From Candidatus Marinacidobacterales bacterium (GTDB taxonomy: Bacteria > Acidobacteriota > Vicinamibacteria > Marinacidobacterales > DATDRI01), in contig OZ245365.1 of assembly GCA_965226495.1 (NCBI GenBank), positions 128,001-192,000 on the forward strand: a DNA stretch of 64,000 nt, given 5' to 3'. The notes beneath the pieces were generated by a model. That model saw nothing but the letters and a program-made list of their open reading frames with translations, was not told where the DNA came from and searched no databases. Positions within the stretch are counted from its first letter, which is position 1. Every line of letters starts with the position of its first letter. Positions 1 to 9,647 of the stretch are shown here, piece by piece. Made by a program: the position numbers and the translations under genes.

Positions 1-15
1 GGAACACACCTTGCT
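1..15 (+). promoter_or_regulatory. Putative sigma-54 (-24/-12) promoter for the pilin gene
   Basis: GGAACACACCTTGCT fits GG-N10-GC with TTGC at -12; about 70 bp upstream of the ATG at 83; cut by the window edge. Confidence 0.5.
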
Positions 16-82
16 TTAGTGCCACTGGGGTTTCCCCAGCCACCCAAAAAGATCGCCTGGCAGGAGAAAATCGGAGGAAGGT

Positions 83-1351
83 ATGAATACCGCGGACAAC
101 CGGCACACGAGGTCGCAGCGAGGCTTCACGTTAATCGAGGTTCTCGTCGCGACGATGATCACGTTGATCGTTATGGCATCGGTGATGATGTTGCTTCAGC
201 AGGGGCAGAGGAGCTTTCAGAGGGAGCCCGAAGTGGCTGACATGAACCAGAGTGCCCGCTCTGGTCTGGACATGATCAGCCGGGATCTCACGATGGCCGG
301 GCTCAATACGCCACCCACGATCTCGATCATGTGGGTCGATGGTGGAGGCGACGACCCGGATGAGCTCACCATCGTGTACGCCGATCCGGACTTTCCGACA
401 GTTATTCCGGTCTGTAGCGCTGGAGGCTCTGCCGCCGACGCGTCGGCCCCGAGCCCCATGCGCTTGGCCGATTTAGGCAACCTGCTCCGGTCGGCCAGGC
501 TGCCCAGCCCGAATCTCTGGCGAAACCCGTTTGCTCTTCATGTTTCGGCCAGCTTCTTACCTTTCTTCGGCGCCGGCGGTGGTGGCAGTGGTGGCAGTGG
601 CGGCAGTGGTGGTAGTGGAGGCGGAGGTGGATGCGGAACCGTGGGACGGTCGTCCACGGTATTCGTCGACACGTCGACGTTCAGCCCCCCGCAGGCGAAT
701 CCCATGGACGCCTACTCCGATGGTCAAGTACTTTTCGCCATCGAGACCATGGACTGTGACCCCACCGGCGACGAGACCGCGCCTGACGGGATCGGCATCG
801 TTCCCTTCGAGCTGACTCAAGATCCCGGCATGTCCGGCGGCAGCCTTCGTATGAACCACAATCCGGGCCAGGGTAGTACGGATATGAACCATCCCGGTGG
901 CTTCAACGGAGAGGTGCACCCGACCTGTTCCATCATCGGTGTCTTCCGTGTCATCCAATACCGCATCAACCCATTGCCTCCGGCGGACAGTCCGAATCTG
1001 GAGCGAAGAGACCTGTCCGTTACCGGCGATGGAGGGCAATGGTTTCCCGTCGCCATGAACGTCGAGAACCTCCAGGTCCAGTTCGCGGTCGGTGGTACCA
1101 GCAACTTCGAAGACGATCCCGCAATCCCGGACTTTGCCGACCCCAATACATGGATTACGCAAGTGAGCGTGGAAGTAGACGCGACGAGTGCGACCCAGAA
1201 TCTCCAGGGAGCGTCTCAGGGGGTCTTCGCCGATGGCAACCGTCTCCGAAGAACGTTCAGGACGACGGTAAGCCTGCGAAACCAACAGAATGCCATTTCG
1301 ACTGCCTCTTTCGAGGCGGGAGGGCTCGGCAGCGCCGAGGGCTACAACTAG
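83..1351 (+). CDS. Type IV pilus minor pilin, PilW-like (prepilin N-terminal methylation motif)
   Basis: N-terminal RGFTLIEVLVA cleavage/methylation motif, hydrophobic helix, ISRDLTMAG and C-terminal VSLRN motifs; GGAGG SD. Confidence 0.85.
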   Translation: MNTADNRHTRSQRGFTLIEVLVATMITLIVMASVMMLLQQGQRSFQREPEVADMNQSARSGLDMISRDLTMAGLNTPPTISIMWVDGGGDDPDELTIVYADPDFPTVIPVCSAGGSAADASAPSPMRLADLGNLLRSARLPSPNLWRNPFALHVSASFLPFFGAGGGGSGGSGGSGGSGGGGGCGTVGRSSTVFVDTSTFSPPQANPMDAYSDGQVLFAIETMDCDPTGDETAPDGIGIVPFELTQDPGMSGGSLRMNHNPGQGSTDMNHPGGFNGEVHPTCSIIGVFRVIQYRINPLPPADSPNLERRDLSVTGDGGQWFPVAMNVENLQVQFAVGGTSNFEDDPAIPDFADPNTWITQVSVEVDATSATQNLQGASQGVFADGNRLRRTFRTTVSLRNQQNAISTASFEAGGLGSAEGYN

Positions 1352-1366
1352 TTCAGACTGCAACCA

Positions 1367-1406
1367 GCGAAGGGCCCGCGACCGCAAGGTGGCGGGCCTT
1401 TCGTTT
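1367..1406. terminator. Intrinsic terminator-like hairpin between convergent genes
   Basis: GCGAAGGGCCCGC...GCGGGCCTTTCGT stem with inner ACC-GCAA-GGT tetraloop hairpin, followed by TTTG. Confidence 0.65.
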
Positions 1407-1422
1407 GTGGTGACTAGTTTCT

Positions 1423-2376
1423 TTAGTTTCTGGGGGCGTAGTAGCCGAGCTTAGTGCGAACGAGAAGTCGATCGGAGGCCGTCTGGACCACGACGCGCCG
1501 CCAGCTTCCATCTCGTCTGGAATTGTTCGAGACGAAGCCGATGTTGTACTGGCTCTTGAGCTCCTTGGCGATCCGCTCGTAGGTGGATGCGAGCTCGTCG
1601 AGGTGCCCGGGAAAGAACCATTGGCCGCCCGTTTCCTCGGCTAACTTCTTGAGAACATGCTCCGCTTCGGAGAAGTGCTTGCTCCCACGTCCCTCCTCGC
1701 GGCGCAGGGAAATAGTGTAAATCGTAACGTCCGTATCCTTGGTCAGCTCCAGCACCTGATCGAACGTCACCAACGAGCTCGTATCCTCACCATCCGACAG
1801 CACGATGATGGCCTGCCGGCGAATGTCTGCGCGACGCCTCGATAGATCTTTGAGCGCGATGTAGAGCGCGTTATAGAGGCTGGTCGTTCCGCCCGCTTGG
1901 GTTCGTCGAATGGCGTGGCTGAGAACTTCCACGTCGGCGGTGAAGGGTTGGATGATGTGGGCCTTGCTGCCGAACTCGACCACTTCCGTCATGTCGTCCG
2001 ATTTCATGGTCTTCACAAAATTAGTCGCCGCCTGTTGGGCGAAGGACATCTTCTCCTCCATGCTGGCGCTCGAGTCGAGCAGAAGGATCATGCGGATGGG
2101 AAGGTCCTCCTGGGAGAACACGGAGATGTCTTGATGGATGCCATCTTCGAACACTCTAAAATCATCGCGGCCCAAGTCGGTCACGAACCGATTACGGGTG
2201 TCGGTCACCGTGACGTTCAAGGAAATGAGGTCGACGCTGACACGAAACTGATAGCGCCTCTCATCCACTTGCTGATCGCCGCTGCCGGCTTGGCCCGCGA
2301 CGTGGGAGGAGGAAGTGAGAAGCCCACCAGCGAGGAGTAGGGTCAGGAACGATTTCGCCGTTAATGGTGACAACAT
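1423..2376 (-). CDS. Secreted VWA domain protein (acidobacterial VWFA-related family)
   Basis: Signal peptide, VSVDLISLNVTVTD..FVTDL..DF.VFEDG, MIDAS DSSAS, LSDGED, C-terminal GYYAP. Confidence 0.85.
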   Translation of the reverse strand: MLSPLTAKSFLTLLLAGGLLTSSSHVAGQAGSGDQQVDERRYQFRVSVDLISLNVTVTDTRNRFVTDLGRDDFRVFEDGIHQDISVFSQEDLPIRMILLLDSSASMEEKMSFAQQAATNFVKTMKSDDMTEVVEFGSKAHIIQPFTADVEVLSHAIRRTQAGGTTSLYNALYIALKDLSRRRADIRRQAIIVLSDGEDTSSLVTFDQVLELTKDTDVTIYTISLRREEGRGSKHFSEAEHVLKKLAEETGGQWFFPGHLDELASTYERIAKELKSQYNIGFVSNNSRRDGSWRRVVVQTASDRLLVRTKLGYYAPRN

Positions 2377-2506
2377 ACTATGCTTGACACGACCTGAAGG
2401 CTGCTTGAGAATCGGCCCGATACGAACGAACTAACTGCTTTTTCGGCAACACTAAGCCGTACCGTCCATATATAACGCGCTTAGCGGGTCGGGTCAAAGG
2501 GAGGTT

Positions 2507-3007
2507 TTGTTGACGAGACGGGCTGCCGTGCTCACGATTAGCGACGGCGTCGTAGCCGGCGCCCGCGAAGATCGTTCCGGCGCCGTTGCCGAGACCCGGT
2601 TACGAGAGATGGGCTTCGACGTCGTCGACCGAAGCGCGGTGGCGGATGAACTGGAAGAGATTGAGAAGCGGTTGCGACAATGGGTGGACTCCGGCACTGC
2701 CGAGCTCATCCTCACTACGGGCGGCACCGGGCTCGGGCCCCGTGACGTGACCCCTGAGGCGGTTCGGCGAGTCGTCGAGCGAGAGCTGCCTGGGTACGGA
2801 GAGCTTCTACGAACGGATGGGTTGCGGCACACGCCAATGGCCGTTCTGTCCCGTAGCCTCGCCGGAGCGGTTGGGGACACGCTCATCGTCGCCCTCCCCG
2901 GAAATCCCAACGCGGTCAGCGAGGGGCTGGAAGCCCTCGGACCGACATTGGCCCACGCCCTGGATCTTCTAGCTGGTAAAACCAAGCACAACCACCTGGG
3001 GCAGTAG
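2507..3007 (+). CDS. mogA: Molybdopterin adenylyltransferase (MogA/MoaB family)
   Basis: [32 protein letters not shown] and LPGNP motifs. Confidence 0.85.
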   Translation: MLTRRAAVLTISDGVVAGAREDRSGAVAETRLREMGFDVVDRSAVADELEEIEKRLRQWVDSGTAELILTTGGTGLGPRDVTPEAVRRVVERELPGYGELLRTDGLRHTPMAVLSRSLAGAVGDTLIVALPGNPNAVSEGLEALGPTLAHALDLLAGKTKHNHLGQ

Positions 3008-3208
3008 GGGTTGTGGGGCCACGCAAAACTCGGAGTTGCCATGAACTGGATAGTGAGGCGCACGCAAAATACGGGGTTGCCACGAACCGGCTAGTCAGTG
3101 GGCGGTTGTTTCCTCGGCCGCCCGGGGGTAAGATAGGGTTTGTATCTTGCCGATAATATCCAAGGGGTTCCGCCATTTTTCGAGGTAACTCGTAACCCGG
3201 AGGACAGG

Positions 3209-3560
3209 ATGCAATCCACGCCACCGCGGCCAACCACACGTCGCCGATACTCGCGCGTCCCCTCTCTAGGGGAGTGCTTCGCGCAGTTGGGCAACGGGTG
3301 GGAAGGTTCAGTCATGGACGTGAGCCTGGGGGGATGTTGGTCCGCGTCAAACGCGTGCTCACACTAGGGTCTTCGTATTTCGTGAAGCTTTTGTTTCCCC
3401 GCCGCATCCTCGTCGTAGAGGCTCGGGTGGTCCGCGTGCAAACCGCCGCCGAGGATTTTCTGACCGGCATGGAGTTCTTGAAGCTTTGTGCGCCAAGCTT
3501 TCTTCCGATGACCGGGAGGTTCTTCGAGGCTTCACAGACGCCAAGCCGGAAAAGCCCTGA
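3209..3560 (+). pseudogene. PilZ domain protein, frame-disrupted (probably sequencing error)
   Basis: RRRYSR (RxxxR) and DVSLGG motifs; frame shifts at the G6 run 3328-3333 and at a 14-bp AAGCTT-flanked insertion 3487-3500; repaired frame reads ...GMEFLKLSSDDREVLRGF...stop. Confidence 0.7.
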
Positions 3561-3746
3561 TCGCATATTCCTTTTTTGAGGTGCCGTTCCTCGCCTGAGG
3601 TTCGGCTCGCGCCCTTCGCCCTTCCGCTCGCCCATCGTATCGCTCGGCAATGGGGTTTGCCCCATGGGAAGTCCGAGGCTATAATGTCGAATTCGACGGA
3701 AATAGGAGTACTCAGCTACTGGCGTAGAAGCGACTCAAAGCGGACC

Positions 3747-4088
3747 ATGAAGAAAACCGACCTTACCCAGTACAAGAAAACGCTTCTTGGAAAAAAGACC
3801 GAGCTCGAGCAATCGATAGGTCGAACCTTGCTCACCGAAGGCTCGAATACCGATGGTCACGGTGACTTTGCGGATCGCTCCGCCGCGGCGAATGAAGAAG
3901 AGATCAGCATACAGCTCAAGCAAACGGACACCAAGCTACTTAGAGCTATCGAGGTCGCTCTTCAGCGGATCGAATCGGGAAACTACGGGATCTGCATCGA
4001 CTGCGAGGAAGAGATCGCGGGCGCACGCTTAAAGGCCGTGCCTTGGACCAAAGTCTGTATTGACTGCAAGGAAAAGCAGTACAGCTAG
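3747..4088 (+). CDS. dksA: DksA/TraR family C4 zinc-finger protein
   Basis: DFADRS coiled-coil tip, GNYGICIDC...RLKAVPW...CIDC; start uncertain (3684 is an alternative). Confidence 0.8.
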   Translation: MKKTDLTQYKKTLLGKKTELEQSIGRTLLTEGSNTDGHGDFADRSAAANEEEISIQLKQTDTKLLRAIEVALQRIESGNYGICIDCEEEIAGARLKAVPWTKVCIDCKEKQYS

Positions 4089-4124
4089 CTCTTCCCCCCC
4101 GTCTCAGCACCGGAGGTTCGAAAC

Positions 4125-4915
4125 GTGGAGCTCGGCCTCGCCGGCAAGGTGGCTTTGGTTGCTGGCGCCAGTCGAGGACTCGGTCGCGCGGTTGCCGAAG
4201 CTCTCGCCGCCGAGGACGTGAATCTTGTCCTTTGTGCTCGCTCCGCCGATGATCTTACTGTTGCCGAGACTGCTATCCAGAAAAACTCGCGTGTCGAGAT
4301 CCTCGCGAGACCCACTGACGTAACAAAAGAGACGGAAGTCGGTTCCCTCGTCGATGCAGCCCTCGAGCGTTTCGGTCGCATAGACGTTCTCGTTGCCAAC
4401 GCGGGAGGTCCCCCTTCGACTCGGTTCGTCGATACCGAGATGGAAGATTGGCGTCAGGGTTGGAGCTCAATCTTTTCTCGACGATCCTGCTGTCGCGCGC
4501 CGTCGTGCCCTCGATGAAGAGCCACGGTTGGGGAAGGGTAGTCGTTATCGCCTCGGTCTCCGCCAAACAACCGATCGACGGGCTCGTCATCTCGAATACA
4601 TCTCGTCTCGGAGTCGTAGGCCTCGCCAAGTCGATGGCGTCGGAGCTTGCACCGGACGGTATTCTCGTCAACGTCGTGTGCCCGGGCTTCACACGAACCG
4701 AGCGACTGGAAGAGCTTGCCTCACAAATGGCGAAACGCGCCGGGACCGACCCGGAGGCGATCCATCGGAAGTGGACGAGCGCGATTCCGATGGGGAGGTT
4801 AGGGGAGCCGGAGGAACTGGCGGCTCTTGTCGCCTTTTTGGCTTCGGAGAAGGCGAGCTACATCACTGGAACCTGCATCCAGGTGGATGGGGGCTGGGTC
4901 AAGGGTGTATTCTAG
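4125..4915 (+). pseudogene. SDR family oxidoreductase split by a single frameshift (likely intact in vivo)
   Basis: GASRGLG and ANAGGP in ORF 4125-4517; SNTSR, NVVCPG and GTCIQVDGG in ORF 4448-4915; one missing G at 4457-4459 joins them. Confidence 0.8.
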
Positions 4916-4969
4916 GCCCGGAACCCCCCAGAACCTATTGTCCATCAGTAGGTAAGCCGAATCTGGGAC

Positions 4970-4999
4970 TTGACAAAGAATTCAGGCGCATGCTATAGA
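4970..4999 (+). promoter_or_regulatory. Sigma-70-type promoter for nuoL-nuoM
   Basis: TTGACA-18 bp-TATAGA with extended -10 TG. Confidence 0.6.
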
Positions 5000-5097
5000 T
5001 CCGCGTCGTTTCGACTGTAGGGGAGGCCACTTTCCTAAGAAGGAGGGGGCCTCCTCGAAGTTTGTAGAGCGCGTTCTCTTCGCACATAAGACAAATC

Positions 5098-7200
5098 GTG
5101 AGTGAACTTTTCTGGTTAATTCCGCTCCTGCCCGGACTCGGAGCAGCCTTCAACGGGCTTCTGGGCAAGCGACTTCCCAAGGGCCTCGTTTCAGCCGTTG
5201 CCTGCGGAAGCATCGGTGCGTCGTTTCTCCTCGCTGTCGGTAGCTTCTTCGGAATCTTCTGGACCGGCGGGGGCGTCGCCGTTGAGACCGTCAAGCTCTT
5301 CACTTGGATTCCGGGAATGGGCGTCCCTATGGTGGACGGGTCGCTCACCAACCTCAACATCGCCTGGGAATATCGACTGGATTCTCTCTCCATGGTGATG
5401 ACGCTGGTAGTGAGCGGGGTGGGATTCCTGATCCACGTGTACTCGATGGGCTACATGGCTCACGACGAGGGCTACGCTCGCTTCTTCGCATACCTGAACC
5501 TGTTCAGTTTCTTCATGCTCAATTTGGTGCTGGGCGCGAACTTTCTGCTCCTGTTCATCGGGTGGGAGGGCGTGGGACTCTGCTCGTACTTGCTCATCGG
5601 GTTTTGGTTCGAGAGAAAGTCGGCTGCTGACGCCGGGAAGAAGGCTTTCATCGTCAACCGAATCGGTGACGCGGGATTCCTTTTGGCGATAATGTTGATA
5701 TTCGTCAACTTCGGGTCGCTCGACTTCTATGCGGTGATGGGCGCGATCGCGGATCGCTTCACTCAACCCGAGGTAGGTCTCGGGCTACTGTCCGTAATCG
5801 GAATCCTGCTTTTTATCGGCGCCGCCGGCAAGTCGGCGCAAATTCCCCTTTACGTTTGGTTGCCCGACGCCATGGAAGGTCCGACGCCGGTGTCGGCATT
5901 GATACACGCTGCCACCATGGTGACCGCCGGCGTCTACATGGTGGCCCGCTGTGGGGTGCTCTTCGAACATGCACCGTTGGCGCTCACGGTGGTCGCGGTG
6001 GTCGGGGCGGTGACGGCGATCTTTGCGGCCTCCATCGGTCTGGTGCAAAACGACATCAAGAGAGTGCTCGCATACTCCACGGTTTCGCAGCTCGGCTACA
6101 TGTTCTTGGCATGTGGGGTCGGTGCTTTTGGCGCCGGCATCTTTCATCTGATGACCCACGCCTTCTTCAAGGCCTGCCTGTTCTTGGGCTCGGGGAGCGT
6201 CATCCACTCCATGGAACATGCGGAGCATGAGTCGGGTGGACATCGGGGCTACACCGAGATGCAGGACATGCGGAACATGGGCGGACTCTACCGTCACATG
6301 CCCAAAACGGGACTGACGTTCATGATCGCGACCGCCGCCCTTGCCGGCGTGCCGTTGACGGCCGGGTTTTTCAGCAAGGACGAGATCCTGTGGAAGGCGT
6401 GGAGCGGCCCCCACGGGCATTGGGCCCTCTGGCTCATCGGGCTCGTTGCCGCCGGAATGACCGCTTTCTACATGGGGCGACAAGTCTTGATGACGTTCTT
6501 CGGGAAGTTTCGAGGTGGAGAGAAGATGGAGGCTCATCTCCATGAGTCTCCGGCCGTCATGACCTGGCCGCTCATTCTCCTGGCCGCCGGATCGATCTTT
6601 GCCGGATGGGTCGGTTGGCCGCACGCCTTTGGCGGTTCGAACCGAATCGAGGGTTTCCTCGAGCCGGCCATCATGGCGGGGACGCACGCGGCGGCCTCTG
6701 AGGCAGGGGCAGCGGCAGAGGCGGTTCACCACGGTGCCGCCAGCACTGAGATCCTGTTCGCTCTGATTTCCATCGCCGTCGCGGGCTTCGGCCTCTTCCT
6801 TGCTTACACTTTCTACGTCCGGCGACCGGAAAAGCCGAAGGCGATGGCGGAGGCTTGGCCCGTCGCCCACCGGGTTCTCTACAACAAGTACTACGTCGAT
6901 GAGGCTTACGACAAGACGTTCGTACAAGGGACCTTGGACCGCGCCAGGGGATTGTACTGGTTCGACGCGAAGGTGGTCGACGGCGCGGTCAACGCGGCGG
7001 CCTTGGGAACGCTGATCATTAGCTATATTTCCAATTTCTTCGATATGCATTTCGTCGATGGCGTAGTGAACGGGGTGGGTTCCATGCTGGCGAGCTTGTC
7101 CGGAATCTTCCGTCGCGTCCAGACCGGATTGGTTCAGAACTATGCCCTGGTGATGCTAGTGGGCATCTTCGTCTTGGTCGGTTTGTATCTTTTGATTTAA
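5098..7200 (+). CDS. nuoL: NADH-quinone oxidoreductase subunit L with extended amphipathic helix
   Basis: GWEGVGLCSYLLIGFW, GKSAQIPLYVWLPDAMEGPTPVSALIHAATMV, HAFFKA motifs; duplicated FD...VDG.VN unit near the C-terminus. Confidence 0.95.
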   Translation: MSELFWLIPLLPGLGAAFNGLLGKRLPKGLVSAVACGSIGASFLLAVGSFFGIFWTGGGVAVETVKLFTWIPGMGVPMVDGSLTNLNIAWEYRLDSLSMVMTLVVSGVGFLIHVYSMGYMAHDEGYARFFAYLNLFSFFMLNLVLGANFLLLFIGWEGVGLCSYLLIGFWFERKSAADAGKKAFIVNRIGDAGFLLAIMLIFVNFGSLDFYAVMGAIADRFTQPEVGLGLLSVIGILLFIGAAGKSAQIPLYVWLPDAMEGPTPVSALIHAATMVTAGVYMVARCGVLFEHAPLALTVVAVVGAVTAIFAASIGLVQNDIKRVLAYSTVSQLGYMFLACGVGAFGAGIFHLMTHAFFKACLFLGSGSVIHSMEHAEHESGGHRGYTEMQDMRNMGGLYRHMPKTGLTFMIATAALAGVPLTAGFFSKDEILWKAWSGPHGHWALWLIGLVAAGMTAFYMGRQVLMTFFGKFRGGEKMEAHLHESPAVMTWPLILLAAGSIFAGWVGWPHAFGGSNRIEGFLEPAIMAGTHAAASEAGAAAEAVHHGAASTEILFALISIAVAGFGLFLAYTFYVRRPEKPKAMAEAWPVAHRVLYNKYYVDEAYDKTFVQGTLDRARGLYWFDAKVVDGAVNAAALGTLIISYISNFFDMHFVDGVVNGVGSMLASLSGIFRRVQTGLVQNYALVMLVGIFVLVGLYLLI

Positions 7201-7216
7201 GGGAAGGACTCGCTCG

Positions 7217-8791
7217 ATGCTCGAGAACAATCCGCTCGGTTGGCCAATCCTATCCTGGGTCGTTTTTTTCCCGGGCGTCGGGGGCCTCATCATCCTGTTC
7301 TTCACGAAGAAACATCAAGGGGATTTGATTCGGTGGCTCGCGAATATCTTCGGTTTTCTCGGGTTCGCCATTTCGTTGCCGCTCTGGTTCTACTTCGACC
7401 CCTCTGGGCCGCAGTTCCAGTTCATGGAACGCCACGATTGGATCCCAAGCATCGGCGTTCAGTATTTCCTGGGCATCGACGGAATCAGTTTGCTGCTCAT
7501 CCTGCTCACGACCATGCTCGGTTTCATCGCGATTCTTTCCTCATGGACATCGATTACCGAGCGGGTCAAAGAGTATTACGTGATGCTGCTCCTCCTCCAG
7601 ACGGGGATGCTGGGCGTCTTCGTGTCCTTGGACTTCTTTCTCTTCTACGTTTTTTGGGAAGTCATGCTGGTCCCGATGTACTTCCTCATCGGTGTGTGGG
7701 GTGGACCGAGAAGGCTCTACGCCGCCATCAAGTTCTTCCTGTATACGCTGGTGGGAAGCGTGTTGATGCTGCTTGGCATCCTGGCGCTCTACTTTTATTA
7801 CTACGCCCAGACCGGGGTCTACACCTTCGACGTCCTGGAGATCATGAACATCGGACTCCCCGCTGACCTCCAGTTCTGGGTCTTCTTGGCATTCTTCGTC
7901 GGCTTCGCCATCAAAGTGCCGATGTTTCCTTTTCACACCTGGCTTCCCGACGCGCACGTGGAAGCGCCTACTGCGGGCTCGGTAATTCTGGCCGGTGTGC
8001 TCTTGAAGATGGGGACCTACGGTTTCGTGCGGTTCTCGCTTCCTCTTTTGCCGGACGCGAGTAAAGATGCCGTCTGGTGGATGGTTCTCTTGGCCATCAT
8101 CAGCATTGTTTATGGCGCGATGGTGGCGTTGGTACAGAGCGATTGGAAGAAGCTGGTCGCTTACAGCTCGGTAAGCCACTTGGGTTTCGTGATGCTGGGG
8201 ATCTTCGCCTTGAACGAAATCGGCCTTCAGGGTGGGATCCTGCAGATGATCAACCATGGACTCTCAACCGGCGGCCTCTTCTTGACGGTGGGCCTTATTT
8301 ACGAGCGGCGTCACACGCGTGAGATCGCTGACTTTGGAGGGCTTGCCAAGGTGGTGCCGGTCTTCGCAGCGATGTTCCTCGTCATTGCGTTGGCCTCATT
8401 GGGGCTGCCACTGCTGAACGGTTTTATCGGGGAGTTCATGATTCTGCAAGGAGCGTTCGCCGTCGAACCGTGGTGGGCGGCATTTGCCGTGTTGGGGATT
8501 GTTCTCGGAGCGGCCTACCTGCTTTGGCTTTACCAGAGGACGATGTTCGGTAAGCTGGACAAACCGGAGAACATGAAGCTCCAGGATCTGGATTGGCGCG
8601 AGCGCTGGACGCTCATTCCGATCATCGCCTTTTGCATCTGGATTGGCGTCTACCCCGCGCCCTTCCTTAAACGTCTCGAGGTGCCGGTTCGGGCGATCGT
8701 AGAAAAGATCGAGGCCAATCCGATCGAGGCGGCCCGCGCCCCGGCCCTTCAATCTGTCACGACTCAGGAGCCGAGTGGCCCCAACCGATAA
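7217..8791 (+). CDS. nuoM: NADH-quinone oxidoreductase subunit M
   Basis: FFLFYVFWEVMLVPMYFLIG, AIKVPMFPFHTWLPDAHVEAPT, LKMGTYG and AYSSVSHLG motifs. Confidence 0.95.
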   Translation: MLENNPLGWPILSWVVFFPGVGGLIILFFTKKHQGDLIRWLANIFGFLGFAISLPLWFYFDPSGPQFQFMERHDWIPSIGVQYFLGIDGISLLLILLTTMLGFIAILSSWTSITERVKEYYVMLLLLQTGMLGVFVSLDFFLFYVFWEVMLVPMYFLIGVWGGPRRLYAAIKFFLYTLVGSVLMLLGILALYFYYYAQTGVYTFDVLEIMNIGLPADLQFWVFLAFFVGFAIKVPMFPFHTWLPDAHVEAPTAGSVILAGVLLKMGTYGFVRFSLPLLPDASKDAVWWMVLLAIISIVYGAMVALVQSDWKKLVAYSSVSHLGFVMLGIFALNEIGLQGGILQMINHGLSTGGLFLTVGLIYERRHTREIADFGGLAKVVPVFAAMFLVIALASLGLPLLNGFIGEFMILQGAFAVEPWWAAFAVLGIVLGAAYLLWLYQRTMFGKLDKPENMKLQDLDWRERWTLIPIIAFCIWIGVYPAPFLKRLEVPVRAIVEKIEANPIEAARAPALQSVTTQEPSGPNR

Positions 8792-8843
8792 CGTCCGATA
8801 AACGGCCGATAGACGATCGATAAAAGGCCGATAAACGACCGCT
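8785..8843. repeat. Degenerate ~11-bp tandem repeat (AACGGCCGATA-like, about 5 units)
   Basis: ccgata acgtccgata aacggccgata gacgatcgata aaaggccgata aacgacc. Confidence 0.6.
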
Positions 8844-8899
8844 CATCGGGGCACGCCGCCGGCCGGCTCGGCCCTAGGGCCGGCGGGGCGGCCAGACAA

Positions 8900-9127
8900 A
8901 TGCCAAAACCTTCCGACTCCGGAGGGAGATTTCAGAAGCTCGCGCTGCTTTCTACCGTAGGGCTGATGTTCCCCATTTCCATCACCTTGGGGGCCGCGGC
9001 CGGCTACTACTTGGACCACTGGCTCGGTACCTTTCCGTGGCTCGCGTTCGTATTTCTGTGTTTCGGGATTGCCGCGCCGTTCATCCACCTATTCCGCGTG
9101 CTCAAGAAGTTCGATGGGACCCCCTAA
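8900..9127 (+). CDS. AtpZ/AtpI-family small membrane protein (ATP synthase gene 1)
   Basis: GYYLDHWLGTFPWL motif, two TM helices, position upstream of atpB. Confidence 0.85.
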   Translation: MPKPSDSGGRFQKLALLSTVGLMFPISITLGAAAGYYLDHWLGTFPWLAFVFLCFGIAAPFIHLFRVLKKFDGTP

Positions 9128-9512
9128 AGCGTTGCCTGTGCATCCGGCCGCTGCGGAACGCCGTGTCGGTCGGGTCGCGGTTGGTATCACTGGCCTCGCC
9201 ACCGGACTGGGCCTCCTGGGGGGAGTAGATTTCGCCGCTTCGGTAGCGGCTGGAGGGCTCATCGCCCTCGTAAACTACAGCGCGTTGAGCTGGTTCGTGG
9301 ACCGAGTGGCACAACCCAGGCCGAAACGGGGCGCCATGCTCGCGGTGCTCGGTTTCGGGCTTCGCTACGCCTTGTTGGGAGGGTCGCTGTATGTTATATT
9401 CGCTGTTTGGAGTGCAAACGTGGTGGCCGTAAGCCTGGGTCTATCGGCTCCGGTAACGGCCATATTTTTTGAGTGGGTCTTCGAAGCCTACGAGGGGCGC
9501 GTCCAACGGTGA
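9114..9512 (+). CDS. atpI: ATP synthase subunit I-like membrane protein
   Basis: Four hydrophobic helices, GGLIALVNY and LRYALLG pattern; lies between atpZ and atpB; ATG 9114 overlaps the previous gene. Confidence 0.7.
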   Translation: MGPPKALPVHPAAAERRVGRVAVGITGLATGLGLLGGVDFAASVAAGGLIALVNYSALSWFVDRVAQPRPKRGAMLAVLGFGLRYALLGGSLYVIFAVWSANVVAVSLGLSAPVTAIFFEWVFEAYEGRVQR

Positions 9513-9647
9513 TCACTCCCGGCGCCTCCCGGCCCTGATCAAAGTTGACCAGAGTTGACCAGACTTAGTCGGGCTTAATCGGGCTTCCGAACCCAAGTAG
9601 CTAGAGCTAGCTCGCCGGCGCCAAGCGCGTGCGGCCCATTTTTTTGT

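Noticed and set aside
5785-7050. Long antisense ORFs (421 aa here; also 27112-28338 and 54162-55148)
   Set aside because: Shadows of well-conserved genes in GC-rich DNA, with no recognisable motifs
5098-8791. Mrp antiporter or DIC-transporter subunits instead of NuoL/NuoM
   Set aside because: Motifs and the C-terminal helix plus final TM match NuoL/NuoM; no MrpB-type fusion, other mrp genes or DUF2309 partner
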